From contig NC_090335.1 of assembly GCF_035084215.1 (NCBI RefSeq), forward strand, positions 54,188,001 through 54,252,000: DNA of 64,000 nucleotides. Direction: 5' to 3'. This document shows positions 34,927-49,171 of this stretch, one piece after another (position 1 is the first letter of the stretch; every line of letters starts with the position of its first letter). The stretch comes from Heptranchias perlo. Taxonomy: Eukaryota. The translations under genes were made by a program, and so were the position numbers. The notes under the pieces are model-generated. The model saw only the letters and a program-made list of their open reading frames with translations. It made no database searches and was not told where the DNA came from.

Positions 34927-35192
34927 GTGGAAGCTCTGATCCCTGTTGGTTTACAATGATTCTGCTTTCAATAACTGTTAGCCATTGATTGATTGATATA
35001 GTGGGAGGGGGGATGCATCCATGTTTCTTGCTGGTCTGGGATGACTCATTTGTCAACCAGTCAGATCTTCAGAATTGGTTTCACAAATTTTATGAATCCT
35101 AAGGCCAAATTTTTGAGAATATTGACAGAACTGGGAAAGCCACATTTGCTCAAATTTATAGTGTGATTCTGCTCCTATAACAAAACTCATCG

Positions 35193-37052
35193 AGCTATAA
35201 GTTGGGCCATGTAGCGCCCATTTTGTAGGTGCTACACGGCCTCCGAAGGACCCAAAATGGTGTCCGCAATGCGCACGCACACTTCTAGCTTGATGTGCAC
35301 TGGATGCCATCTTGGTAAAGGTGTTGGCACCCGCGCAGATAATGAACGTTGGCAGCATGTAAAGTAGGGAGAATATGCGGTAGATCAGTGTGAAACGCTG
35401 ATTTAAAGGGACAGATACGATTTTCCAACTCAATGCTCCAGCCAACGCACTGTCTTAATCTTGCAAAGCTGAGCAGGTCATAAATAGCATGGAGGACCCC
35501 CCACCAGCGCTATTTAAAGGGATCATGCAGGATTTACAGGTTATTTGCTGGATTATTGCTTCTGGCTGCTGATGCATTTGTACCTGTTTTTGCAGGTCTC
35601 CTGTACTTAAATACTAGGACTAGGGGGCATAGCCTAAAAATTAGAGCCAGGACTTGCAGGAGTGAAGTTAGGAAACGCTTCTACATGCAAAGGGTGGGAA
35701 AAGTTTGAAACCCTCTCCTGCAAACGGCAGTTGATGCTAGCTCAATTGTTCATTTTAAATCGGAGATTGATAGATTTCTGTGAACCAAAGGTAATAAAGG
35801 ATATGGGGCTAAGTTGGGTATATGGAATTAGGTCACAGATCAGCCATGATATTGAATGGCGGAACAGACTCGAGGAGCTAAATGGCCTAGTCCTGTTCCT
35901 ATCTTCCTATGATCCTATAATAAAGTTTCAATACACTATAGGGAGTGGCCTGGCTACTGACAAGCAACAGCTGGCAGAGTGGCAGGAATGGCATCATCCT
36001 GAGAGAGGACAGCAGGTTCATGTTCCATGGAGCCACTGCCACTTGCTGTCTCCCGTTAGGTGCCACCTTCTCCTGCAAGAAAGCGGGACGTGTGTCAGTG
36101 AGTGACCTGCAGGATGTTTGGGTGATGTGTCTATCATGGTTGAATAACTGCTAGTGTGAGTGACCTGTGAGTTGTGTGGCTTGCAACAGTGGTAATGTGT
36201 GAGGGTGAGAAGAAGCATCTGATTGGAAGAGTTGAGTAATGATTGAAAGAATTTGTTGGTATGTGGGTGATGGGGGTGTAGTGTGTGGAGCAGTGGATGC
36301 GGCTAGTGGTGCAGTTGGTAGGATATGCCACTTGATAATTGAACTCACTCACCTTCACCACTCGTGTCAAGGCATTGAACTTCTTCCTGCACTGCATCTA
36401 TGTGCTATGGTGCTATGTGTCAGGCATTGACTTCGTCCCCTACTGCCTCCCACTGCCTCTTGAGCATATGTCTGGAGGGCCTCTTGCCCCTCTGAGGATA
36501 TAGGATGCTCCTCCTTCTGTCCACCTCTTGCACCAAGGCCTCTAGTGCATCATCAGAGAACTTTGGTGCATGCTCTCTCGCAGGCCTGGTACAAACTCAG
36601 ATCGGCAGATTGGTGAGGTCTGGCGTGCAGATTGGAGGATGTGGTTTTTTAATAGTGCACAACCTTTATTCAATGTTCTAACATAACTCAACAGTGTAAA
36701 CATAGGGACGGGACCTGCATCTGTGTTTACGTGTGCGATGTCTGATTTCCGTTCGGACTCCGTGTGGACCGGGATCTTATATTTTGCAAATAAGAGGTGC
36801 AGGCTGCCTTTAAGAAGTGCAGGCTGCTTTTAAGAGGTGCAGGCTACCTTTAAGAGGTACAGGATGCCTTTAAGAGGTGCAAGCAACTCACACGATATCC
36901 AGACCCCTCCCCTGCTGGTGAGAAGCCATTCAACAGCCTGGCTGCCCGCAGATATCAGGTAAATGACTAAGCAGCACGAATTTCACGTGCACGAGTTAAT
37001 CGCGCACCGCGACTCCCACGACTGGTTTTGGAGGTTATCCAATTTATCCCCC
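35193..37052 (-). mobile_element. Non-autonomous PIF/Harbinger-like DNA transposon with a Myb/SANT ORF remnant; CR1 tail inserted at ~35595-35910
   Basis: Minus strand ~36350-36580 reads APKFSDDALEALVQEV...WEAVGDEVNA...QCRKKFNALTR; imperfect terminal inverted repeats. Confidence 0.65.
36791..36882. repeat. 20-bp minisatellite (taagaggtgcaggctgcctt) x ~4.5
   Basis: Direct reading. Confidence 0.9.
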
Positions 37053-37599
37053 ATTGGCTCAAAACATAACCCTGTCACCTGGCGGCTGATAGTCAGTACT
37101 ACAGCAATATTACCTCTGGTGAAAAAGAGCATTGATTTCCTCGTGGCTGGAGGAGTTGGAGCATGAAAGAAATAATGAGAACGAGTGGATTTCCTTGCAG
37201 GTCCTAGTATCAATATAAGATATATTTCAACTAATTATGTTACTAACCAGAAAAAAAATAGATTTGAAGGCAATGAAAATAGCTTGCGATGATTTTTCTC
37301 ACTAGGATGTCCCTCACTGTTTGTCAGCTCAACAAGTAACACTGAATTTAAGAGTGCCCCCTGCTAAACATATCTGGGGCCTATTTTTGTCTGCCTAATG
37401 CTCTATATGCTCAAATTACTGGGAGAAATTAGGAGCGGGGACCCATATCACTGGATTTCTGCCCTGTTTATACTTGATGCACATTTCCTTGGAACTACAG
37501 GGTGGAGCTGTGTGTATTTAAATGGTATACAGCTGCCCTACATAGACTCCAACTCACCTAGAACTCTGCTACTTGCTAACTTTCTTGCACAAATTCCCA

Positions 37600-38015
37600 T
37601 TCATCTATTACCCCTACAGTTGCCAACTTCTATTGGCTCCCCTTTCCTCAGCATACTGACTTCAAGATCCTCATCCTCATTTACAAATCCCTCCATGGTC
37701 TTGCTCCTCCCAACCTGTGCAATCTCCTCCAGCCCTACATCCCTGCTCACACCCTCTGCCCTACAGTAGCATACTATATATTTTACCCTCCCTCTGGTGG
37801 CAGAGTTTTCATCCCTGCAGTCTGGAACTCTCTTGCTAAATCCCTCTGCCTTGCTACATCTCTCCCCATTTGCAAAAAGCCTACCATTTGATAGCACCTT
37901 TGGCAAACTCCCCTAATTCTCTCCTACTCCTTTTCACCTCTGACCTACAACTGTGAAGTGCCTTGGGAGACTATTGCTATAATAAAGGCACTAAATAAAT
38001 GTAAGCTGTTGTTAT
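37600..38015 (+). mobile_element. Decayed L2-like 3' end
   Basis: FKILILIYKSLHGLAPPNL-type frame and tail taaatgtaagctgttgtt. Confidence 0.6.
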
Positions 38016-38914
38016 TGGGTCTCAAACCCTCCTGTTATGATTCAGATGATATTCAAATATTATATCTCATGTCCATTGAAAATGACTGCTTCCACAGGCA
38101 AACCAACAATTCCTATTAACTAAAGTGTGACCCCATGCACAAAGTAATCTAGGAGATAGGGTGAACAATAACCCCATTTACCATCAATATATATGCTAGT
38201 CACAGAATCTCCTGATCTATCCGACTGATGGACAAACAACACTCTGACTGACCAAATATCACAGGCTAGAAATTATTGCTTAGATTTTCCAAGGTTTTTA
38301 TCATTCATTTTTGGCTGGTATTTTGGTGGGTGAGTGTGGGAAATGCAGTGGGGAGCTGTTCAGCAAGCTCCCTAACTTCCACCACCATCTCTGGGATTTC
38401 CCCACCAGAAATAATGGTGGACGGTGCAAACTATATTTGGATGGGCATATTAATATTAAATGTCAATGATGGAAACACGTCATCCAATGTATTTTCTGTA
38501 ATTAATACCTTAGTACTGCATTCCTGGTGTCCAGCGTTTCTAAGGCAGGAGGATTTAAAATTGAAAGGGTATCAAAGACCGTGTGATTGCACCGTGAAGT
38601 ATACCAATTAAATTTGTTTCTTCGGATGGCGCTGCCAGCCACACTACACAGCGACAAGTGCTGCAGGGATTTCCTTCCCCTCTATCCCAAAGAACCGGAA
38701 GTACCACTATAAGTGCACCACAATTATCATAAATATCTCTGCCTCCAGAAAATTTGCTGGGGTCAGGGCAGAGTGATATAGGTTCGAGGGGCTGAATGGC
38801 CCACTCACGTTGCTATGGTGGAAAATTGCAGCCAGAGCGTCCATGATTTTGCGGTCCTGCCAACTGTGTGCAAGGCCCCGCTGGCAACAAGGGATCAGAA
38901 TTTCCCCATCAGCT

Positions 38915-39352
38915 AGGAACAGTTGGTAGCAATCTCGCATTTGTGTCAGAAGGTTGCGGATTCAAACCCCACTCCGGAACTTGAGAATATAATCTAGGCT
39001 GACACTTCAGTGCAGTACTGAGGGAGTGCTGCAATGTCAGAGGTGCTCTCTTTCAGATGAAATGTTAAACCAAGGCCCCATTTGCCTGTTCAGGTTGACG
39101 TAAAATATCCCATGGAACTATATGAAGAAGAACAAATAGTTCTCCCTGTGTTATGGCCAACATTCCTCCCTTAACCAATACCATCAAAACAGATGTATTG
39201 GTCATTCATTCATTTGCTGTTTGTGGGACCTTGTGCACAAATTGGCTGTGTAACAACAATGACTGCTCTTCTTAAAGCAATTCATTGATTGTAAAGCACT
39301 TTGGCATATCCTGAGGATGTGAAAAGCATTATTATAGATGCAATTTATTTCT
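38915..39352 (+). mobile_element. DeuSINE-like tRNA-derived SINE
   Basis: agttggtagc...gattcaaacccc head; body and tail match 6484-6930. Confidence 0.75.
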
Positions 39353-42300
39353 TAGATTTCAATAAGAGAACACTTGAATTCTCAATTGTACTTTAAACCC
39401 ATTTCAAAATTAAAAAGTCTCAAAATTTTAACAATTCTTGTAACCTGGGGCACACGTCTGCAAGGAGAAGATTTATAGGGCTAGTTTCAGGAATCCGCAC
39501 TACTGGTGGGAAGCCTCGCCCACTGGCTGTACATATCAGGAAATTGAAGGCGTGCTGCCCACGATTTTCCATCCATCAATTTTAATGTGGGGAAAATTAC
39601 AGTCGCACAACTACAATTTCCCGATAAGCGCATCTGGAAGGCTTCCTTGATGCGCACATTTATAAAATTGGCCCTTGTATATGAACTCAGGTATTTACAG
39701 TGTTTCCACTAGCTCAAGGTTCAACTGTCTGGCTAAGCAGAGATTCATGAAAGAAACCTTGCCACAGGACACAATTATACTCCGTCTTTACTTTGCAGTC
39801 CAAACTAGTATAAAGTATAAGCGAATACAGTCGTCAATCACAAGTAGGTTTCAAATGCACTCAGTCTGCCTGATAGGCTGATTCTCAACCTTGAAGAAAA
39901 TGGTCTTGAGGTTGTGGTGCACATATTTGGAAAGGCCAGCTTACTAACATGATTATAATATGCTCTTTGTGTCTTTTTCACATCTGCACGACACGCTTTG
40001 GTAGCAGGTGGACAGGGAATCTACAGCAGCTCTTAAAAGACTGCTGCTCAATTCTTCTCTCATACAGGCTTTTGTGGCAGTTTGTGCTCAGGAGGACTGC
40101 TATGCACCAGGACCAAGTCCCAGGTCTGCCCCCTCAGCTCTGGATGTGCTACTGGGGAAGCTGCTGCAGAGGAATTTTTGAGGCAAAGGGGAACCCTCCA
40201 AACAAAGGCACTGTGCAGGGAATGTGGCAGGAGGTGGCCAAGAGAGTCAGTGCTGTCTCTCACGCAGCATGTTTCTATGACCTGGGGGATCTTTGAGCCT
40301 AACAATTGTTTAGCAGTCCACCTACATAGAGGCATCTAGTGTTAATATTCTGCAACCCTTGAATATCACCTATATCACCATGGGTCAAGTAAATGGAACA
40401 CAGTGTAGAATATGAAGAGGTGTAGCTGATGACTGGTAAAACTGAAATTTCCCCATATTCCAGCCCACACAGGATGTTTGTCACAGTTATCAAAATGCAG
40501 ATCTTCACACCATCCTGTTCAATATACCCTTCACACATTACAAATTCCATGTTTTGTTAATACTAATTGTACAGTATTCAGAAATATTTTTAGATACGTG
40601 TAGCTAAAGTCGGAACTGTGGCTGAGGTTAATGCAGCTTATTTGGTATGCAGTATAGGATAGCAGCTAAATTCTTAAATTGTGCACTTTGCAAAAAAGTG
40701 TGAAACTTTGCACACTGACACTTTACCAGATGTTGACCGGTTGTAGATATGCTGCTATCACAAAGTGCAAACTATGACATGTACTGCATATCAAATAGCT
40801 GTGGGTGCTACAATCCGACAGATTGATCATTATTTATTTAATTTTTATAATCTTACCAACTATGGGAGCTAACTGCCCTGATAATGTCTTTGCAGTTTCG
40901 GACTAACAACTCGCTGAAGAGGAGCCGACAGGTAAGTTTGTGTTTATTTTTGTGGGGCTGGGAAGAGCAGGAGTATTCCTTTGGGCTCCATAAAGCCAGC
41001 CTGGGCCGCTGCTGCTCCGGGAGACACCCCCCACCCCCACCCCACCGCCCCCCGAGATCGCCCTCCTAAAGTTTTCTTTAGTAGAAGATTACTACAAGAA
41101 CGAGAACTAAAGAACAAAGAAAACTAGAACTAATCTGAACTGGACCTCTTTTAAAACTTCTTTTTAGTGTCAATGCACCACCTTATATTTTCTTGATTTT
41201 CAAAGAAGCCCCCTCAAATAAATTGACCTATCTGAAGTGTGTCTCTGTAAAAGATGGAAAGTGCATTCTCTGATAGAGTGAGAGAGCGAGAGAAAGGTGA
41301 CAGAAGTAAGATTGTACGGCCTAGAATTTGATTCGAGCCAGCAGGCCAGCCTGACTTGGGCATAGAAAATGATGCCTGAGCTGGAACAGGTAGGCCTGAG
41401 GTCCACCCGATAATGGGCCTTCGGCTGCAAACACCCGCTGGGCATCCCCAGGCAGCTTGTCAGTGGAGACCATTTGAATTTCGGGCTACTGCGTTGTCAG
41501 CAGTGGCCCTCGAGTATGTCTTGGAAGAGGGGGGGTAAGCAATCAAAAGCAAAGAGAGCAACCGGGAGATGGGGGGAAAGTGATCGGCTGGGGGGTGAGC
41601 AGTGGCCAGCAGCAGCCCTTGGTTTTAATGTGCGGCCGGGAGGAGCACTCCTTCACCTCCCAGCTCCACATTCACGTAAATAGGTCCCTTTAAGAGTTGC
41701 CAGTTAGGCTGCATAGCTGATCGAGCTGTGTTCAGGGCAAACAAATTTGGTAAATTGACATTAAACAGGCGTTAGGCCCTTTATTTGCATATGCAAAGAG
41801 TCTAACGCTGGTTTCAGGCACGGGCCCTGAATGCCACTTTTAATGCCTATACCAATATGGCAGGCTGAGTACTTCCTTCTCAGCATGCTGACTGTCATAT
41901 TGGATGCTTTTGAGTCCGCTTTACATCGGTAAAACGGTGCAGCATCATCAAATTTCTAGGCCTATGGCTGTACTAACCACATACAGGGTAGATATAAATG
42001 TGCCACTTGGATGTATAAGTATTCCTCAGATCAAGGGAGATGAGATTTAAACAAGCTACTCCAGATACAGTTACCAGCAAGTAAGGTGGAACTACCCAGG
42101 AGCAAAGGGTTCAAGAGGAATGGATAACATCTCTACTAATGGAGGCTCATCATCCTGACATCCCAGAAGGCCTACACATCATCCCACGGAAAGGCGAGAA
42201 ACCAACTCAACCATGTAGCCCCTAAGCACAAAGTTGTATAAGTTCTGGAAACATCGCTAACTGCAATCATATAGACTTTACTCTGTCAAATAAACTGACT

Positions 42301-42442
42301 ATTTAATGCTGTCTAAGGAGTCTTATCCTAAATTAATTACCAATTTATATTAATTTCAGACACTGATCTCAAGTGCAAATTGATAATCAGCAAACTAGTT
42401 AATGCTGAATTACTGTGATACAACTTAACTGCCTTTTTAACT

Positions 42443-43270
42443 TATAGAATCGTTATAGCCCATCGAGCCTGTGCTGGCTCTTTGTAAGTGCAATCCAGTT
42501 AGTCCCATTCCCCCACTCTTTCCCCATAGCCCTGCAAAGCTTTTCCCTTCAAATATTTATCCAATTCCTTTTTGAAGCCATGATTGAATCTGCATCCCAG
42601 ATCATAACTACTCACTGCTTAAAAAAGCTTTTCCTCACGTCGCCTGTGGTTCTTTAGCCAAACACCTTAAATCTGTGTCCCCTGGTTCTCGACCATTCCG
42701 CCAATGGGAACAGTTTCTCTATTTACTTTATCTAAACTCGTCATGATTTTGAACACTTCTATTAAATCTCCTCTCAACCTTCACTGTTCGAAGGAGAATA
42801 ACCCCAGCTTCTCCAGTCCATCCACGTAACTGAAGTCCCTCGTCCCTGGAACCATTCTAGTAAATCTTTTCTGCACCCTCTCTAAGGCCACCACATCCTT
42901 CCTAAAATGTGGTGCCCTGAATTGGACACAATACTCCAGTTGTGGCCAAACCAGTGTTTTATAAAGGTTCAACATAACTTCCTTGCTTTTGTACTCCACA
43001 CCTCTATTTATAAAGCCCAGGATCCAGTATCCTTTTTTAACCGCTTTCTCAACCTGTCCTGCCACCTTCAAACATTTGTGCACATATACCCCCAGGTTTC
43101 TCTGTTCCTGCAGCCCTTTTAGAATTGTACCATTGCCTCTCCTCGTTCTTCCTGCCAAAATGTATCACTTTGCGCTTCTCTGCATTAAATTTCATCTGCC
43201 ATGTGTCTGTCCATTCCACCAGCCTGCCTATATCCTCTTAAAGTCTATTACTATCCTCTCTGTTATTCAT
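42443..43270 (-). mobile_element. 5'-truncated CR1
   Basis: ORF 42781..43158; same subfamily as 3079-6213. Confidence 0.88.
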
Positions 43271-43904
43271 TTTGTTAGTTAACCCTATCTAGTAATTATT
43301 GGCATGCTCAATGTTTAGATTTAAGATGCTGCTAATTATGATTTTGAGGTTAATAGACAATTGTTAGTGCATGATTTGCTGTCTGACTTCTTCTTTGATG
43401 ATTTGGCAAGAAAGGGTAACTAACTCACTTGTGTGTCAGTTTCTGTGTATCTTGGAGGTTGGTAGGATAAATGCACACTGGTTGATGTAAGACAGTTCAT
43501 CAAACCAAATTTAGGCATCATTCACTCCTAGGTGTAGACTGGGTGGAAAACACCAGACAGGTCCTTGATGAGGAGTTAAGGTGAAGGGGTTAAGGATTTG
43601 TCTAGTGCTTTGATAAATATTTGTTGGGATACCGATCCAGGGTTCTTACAATTTGCAGGCAAAAAGTAAGTTCCATCTTCACTAGTTCATGAAGCTAACA
43701 ACTTGCAGACATAAATGGTGCTAAATCAATATTTAGTAGTCATGGATCAGCAATTTTATTTAACATTCATAGTTACCTATTCATAAGAAACTGCATTCAT
43801 TTCTTTCTTAAGCCTCCTGCAAATCCTAGGGTTGTAGAAATCAGTCAATTTGGGAGGGGAGGCCCAAGCACTAAGCTGCATAAGTGACTGCCAAATTGAA
43901 CTCA

Positions 43905-44292
43905 AGCAAGAAAGAACTTGCATTTATATAGTACCTTTAATGTCCTCAGGACACCCCGGATTCTTGCACTTCAAACAAATTACTTTTTGAAATGCATTAG
44001 GCAAATGCAGCAGGCGAATTGTACACAGCCACGTCCCACAAATAGAAAATGAGATAACTAATCTGGTGTTGGATGAGGGATAAATGTTGGCCAGAACAAC
44101 TTGCTGTTTTTCTTTGAATAGTGCCATAGGATTTTACATCCAGCAGAACAGGCAGAGTCTCGGTTTAATGTCTCATCCAAAAGCAATCTCTCAGTACCGC
44201 ACTGAAGCATCGGCCTAGTTTCATTGGCTCAAGTCAAACCCACAACCTCCTGCTTCAGAGGTCAGAGTGTTACCACTGGGTGAACTGACACT
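43905..44292 (-). mobile_element. Decayed DeuSINE-like SINE
   Basis: Collinear with 6484-6930. Confidence 0.65.
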
Positions 44293-44527
44293 GTTGGTAT
44301 CTCTCCGTATTTGTTTTATTTATGAACCTCAGGATAGATTTTTGTGTATTAGTGTAAAGTACAATTTTATCAGGCTCAAATTCTGAAATACGTTTTTACT
44401 TCTATTGATGTTTTATACAAATTCTTGAGATTTGGAATCATTATTCTCTTGAAAACTAAATCCTCATTTCATTGCCCTTAATCTCCTTACCACATCTAGT
44501 TGTGGCCTTTGCAACTAGTATTCGCTA

Positions 44528-45852
44528 GCATACAATCAAGGAGAGTCAACATGGATTTATGAAGGGGAAATCGTGTCTGACAAATTTATTAGAGTTCTTT
44601 GAAGAAGTAACCGGCAGGGTGGATAAAGGGGAACAAATGGATGCAGTATATTTGGATTTCCAAAAGGCATTCAATAAGGTGCCACATAAAAGATTACTGC
44701 ACAAGATAAGAGCTTATGGTGTTGGGGGTAATATACTGGCATAGATAGAGGATTGGTTAACTAACAGAAAACAAAGAGTCGGGATAAAAGGGTCATTTTC
44801 AAAATGGCAATCTGTAACTAGTGGGGTGCCGCAGGGCTCAGTGCTGGGGCCTCAACTATTTACAATATATATCAATGACTGGGATGAAGGAACAGAGTGT
44901 CTTGTGGCCAAATTTGCTGATGATACAAAGATAGGTGGAAAAGCAAGTTGCGATGAGGACATAAAGTGTCTGCAAAGGGATATTGACAGGTTAAGCGAAT
45001 GGGCAAAAATTTGGCAGATCGAGTATAATGCGGGAAAATGTGAAGTCATCCACTTTGGGAGGAAAAATAAAAAAGCAAAATATTATTTGAATGGAGAAAT
45101 ACTATAAAATGCTGCAGTACAGAGGGATCTGGGTGTCCTCGTACATGAAACACAAAAAGTCAACATACAGGTGCAGCAGGTAATCCAGAAGGCAAACGGA
45201 ATATTGGCCTTTATTTCTAGGGGGATGGAGTATAAAAGCAGGGAAGTCATGCTACAACTGTACAGGATGCTGGTGAGACCACACCCGGAGTACTGCATAC
45301 AGTACTGGTGCCCTTATTTAAGGAAGGACATATTTGCATTGGACGCAGTTCAGAGAAGGTTCACTAGGTTGATTCCAGGTATGGAAGGGTTGTCTTATGA
45401 GGAAAGATTGAACAGGTTGGGTCTATACTCATTGGAGTTTAGAAGAATGAGAGGAGATCTTATTGAAACATACAAGATTCTGAGGGGACTCGATAGGGTA
45501 GATGCTGAGAGGATGTTACCCCTCATGGGGGAATCTAAAACTAGGGGACACAGTCTCAGAATAAGGGGTTGCCCGTTTAAGATGGAAATGAGGAGGAATT
45601 TCTTCTCCCAGAGGATTGTGAATCTTTGGAATTCTTTACCCCAAAAAACTCTGGAGGCTGAGTCATTGAATACATTCAAGGCTGAGTTAGACAAATTTTT
45701 GATCAGCAAAGGATCAAAGGATATGGGGAAAAGGCAGGAAAATGGACTTGAGGTAAAAATCAGATCAGCCATGATCTCATTGAATGGCAGAGCAGGCTCG
45801 AGGGGCCAAATGGCCTACTCCTGCTCCTTTCTCTTATGGTCTTATGGTCTTA
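44528..45852 (+). mobile_element. 5'-truncated CR1 (RT)
   Basis: ORFs 44559-45920 with DFQKAF, PQGSVLGP, FADD; (tcttatgg)n tail. Confidence 0.92.
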
Positions 45853-46508
45853 ACATGAGTGAATTAACAATTGGCAATTTATTTTGCATTTACCTATATC
45901 CAAAGCAGCAAATTGTTTAGTTTTTACCTTCCCTCCCTATCTATTTTGATCCTTAAACTTGTTAAATTGCATTTCATCAATTATTTCTGTAAGTTTGCAC
46001 ACACATGTTACACATTAGATCCCGGTAACTATAGGGCTGATGCTCCAATCAACTGCTCCAGACGAAGAGCAGTGCTGGTCGAGAAATCACGTACCAGCAG
46101 CACTTGATTCCCTAGCCATCTAAATTAATGAATGGAAAATCAGAGACTGCAGACCTACAGTATCCTAACCATGCTCATTGTGAGCACTGCTCTTCACTGG
46201 GAGCACTCAATTGGGGAATCAGCTTCATAGTTCTTTAAACAAATTACTCTAGATTCTTTGACATATCTCGGGGTTTGATGTGTCTGAGCTCCAAAATCAC
46301 TGTGGTGTCTCTCTACTTCTCTGTCTGAAGCAAACGTTTGCAGTTGCCCCTTCCCCTTGAGTTACAGAGGGAAAAACTGGACACAACAATTTGACATTTT
46401 TCCAAGTGAGACATAAAATAGATTCACGGTGATCAGCTTTCCCTCCATCTCTTGAGTTTCTTTATAGAGCTACCAAAATATACTAGCATTTTAATCTATA
46501 GAGACTTA

Positions 46509-46634
46509 GGGGCAGTATTAACCTAACCCGCCCATCATTGAAGTCAATGGAGGGTAATATCGGGCCGGGTGTAAAACCAGTGTTCCACCAATCCCGTGGG
46601 CTTCCCGCCCAGCAAGTTAGGTTAAAATTGCCCC
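46509..46634. mobile_element. Harbinger-type MITE, ~126 bp
   Basis: Terminal inverted repeats ggggcagtattaacctaac / gttaggttaaaattgcccc, similar to the ends of 49172-51749. Confidence 0.65.
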
Positions 46635-46672
46635 CATTATGTCAACATAATAAATTCAAACTCTTTGCATTT

Positions 46673-47514
46673 CATAGAATCATAGAATCATAGAAGTTAC
46701 AACATGGAAACAGGCCCTTCGGCCCGACATGTCCATGTCGCCCAGTTTATACCACTAAGCTAGTCCCAATTGCCTGCACTTGGCCCATATCCCTCTATAC
46801 CCATCTTACCCATGTAACTGTCCAAATGCTTTTTAAAAGACAAAATTGTACCCGCCTCTACTACTGCCTCTGGCAGCTCGTTCCAGACACTCACCACCCT
46901 TTGAGTGAAAATATTGCCCCTCTGGACCCTTTTGTATCTCTCCCCTCTCACCTTAAATCTGTGCCCCCTCGTTATAGACTCCCCTACCTTTGGGAAAAGA
47001 TTTTGACTATCGACCTTATCTATGCCCCTCATTATTTTATAGACTTCTATAAGATCACTCCTTAACCTCCTACTCTCCAGGGAAAAAAGTCCCAGTCTGT
47101 CTAACCTCTCCCTGTAAGTCAAACCATCAAGTCCCGGTAGCATCCTAGTAAATCTTTTCTGCACTCTTTCTAGTTTAATAATATCCTTTCTATAATAGGG
47201 TGACCAGAACTGTACACAGTATTCCAAGTGTGGCCTCACCAATGCCCTGTACAACTTCAACAAGACATCCCAACTCCTGCATTCAATGTTCTGACCAATG
47301 AAACCAAGCATGCTGAATGCCTTCTTCACCACCCTATCCACCTGTGACTCCACTTTCAAGGAGCTATGAATCTGTACTCCCAGATCTCTTTGTTCTATAA
47401 CTCTCCCCAACGCCCTACCATTAACGGAGTAGATCCTGGCCCGATTCGATCTACCAAAATGCATCACCTCACATTTATCTAAATTAAACTCCATCTGCCA
47501 TTCCTCGGCCCACT
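46673..47514 (-). mobile_element. 5'-truncated young CR1
   Basis: Open 244-aa ORF 46760..47494; (attctatg)n tail. Confidence 0.92.
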
Positions 47515-48132
47515 GACTTCTTTTTAAAGTTTAAATTTATGTATGCATGCATTGGAAAGACAGAAATACTATTTTTTAATTAGTTAGAATGTATCAGCAT
47601 TAGACAAATGTACTTTATTTTATCAAGAAGATTAGACAATCCCATCAACAGGAAAGGAGTTACAACAGTGGAATCAACTGCTAAATTGAAGTATCACAAG
47701 ATCTATGTACAAACCAGATGCACTATCTCTGCTACCCAATAGGTATGCCTTCCTGTTATCTAAATGCTTTAAAAAAACAGTGAGACAGTGCTGGCCCACC
47801 CATCACCGTCCTCAGATATGGAAGTGAGCAGTTGAAATACAGAGCCCTCAACTGACAGTCAAAGAGGAGACCTTTGTGAAGCATCCCTGTGTAGTCTCAG
47901 AATTTGAGTACAAGAGACCAGATGATAACATACTGCAGGAAAGATCAGCAGTTATTTGTGAAATTTAACAAGCTAAATGAACACATTTACTTCCATCCAA
48001 GTCTCAAATTTTCCAGACGTTGTGCAAATTTCCTATGATCCATTTAACCACAGCATTCATGTAACTTGCATTGTTTTGATCAGAGAATAGCACCATATAA
48101 ATAAACAACAACAACAATCATTTATACAGTTG

Positions 48133-48606
48133 GATGATACCAGAACTGAGAGGTTATACCTATCAGGAAAGATTGAACAGGCTGGGGCTCTTTTCTCTAG
48201 AAAAGAGAAGACTGAGGGGTGACCTGATAGAGGTCTTTAAGATTATGAAAGGGTTTGATAGGGTAGACGTAGAAGACATTTCCACTTGCGGGGGAGACCA
48301 GAACTAGGGGCCATAAATATAAGATAGTCACTCATAAATCCAATAGGGAATTCAGGAAAAACTTCTTTACCCACAGAGTGGTTAGAATGCGGAACTCGCT
48401 ACCACAAGGAGTAGTTGAGGCGAATAGCATAGATGCATTTAAGGAGAAGCTGGATAAACACATAAGGGAGAAAGGAATAGAAGGATATGTTGATGGGGTT
48501 AAATGAAGAAGGGAGGGAGGAGGTTCCTGTGGAGCATAAACACCGGCATAGACCTGTTGGGCTAAATGGCCTGTTTCTGTGCTGTACATTCTTTGTAATT
48601 CAATGT
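48133..48606 (+). mobile_element. CR1 3' fragment, followed by a decayed minus-strand L2 fragment to ~48900
   Basis: [25 protein letters not shown] frame and CR1 3' stem-loop. Confidence 0.8.
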
Positions 48607-49171
48607 AATCTTCCTCATGTAAAATAATATCTGAAAATGGTTTACAAGACAGAGAGGTGGACATTGAGTAGGAAAAAAAGGAACTCGTTGCCCGGGGGAG
48701 AGGGAGGTGAGGCCGAAGACATGGTTAGGGGAATGAGTTTTTAAGAGGCTTTTGAAAGCAGGAAGGGAGGTAGCAAAGCAAATGTCTTTGGTAGAGAATT
48801 CCAGAGTACAGAAGTGAATTGACTGAAAGATCAACCTCAAATGATGGAATAGAGGGAGCAGGGGAATAAGCCGCAATCTGGAACCAGAGGAATGTACAAT
48901 GTGGGCTGAGGTACATGGCTGATGAATATCAGTCGGAGGGTGGAACAAAATCGCACGGTAGATATCCAAGAATGATCTGAAAATAATCTTCTAATCATCA
49001 ATTGAACTCTCTCCAACTGTTCCAATCATCATTTTTCTTCAATAATTTGACTGTTGTTTCTCCTCAATTTATCTTCTTATGTGTAAATTACTAAATTTTC
49101 CTAGAATAACAACCCACTCCAGATCCCTTGAGAACAGCTCACACTGGATCCCTCTAGAACAACCCACTCCA

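Noticed and set aside
46230-46420. Degenerate V-exon remnant (PSVTQGEGATANVC)
   Set aside because: Only a short A'/B-strand-like stretch; no convincing Trp, YxC or splice sites.
47690-47935. Degenerate V-exon remnant (VEGSV/FNCS)
   Set aside because: Requires frameshifts and lacks the F-strand motif.
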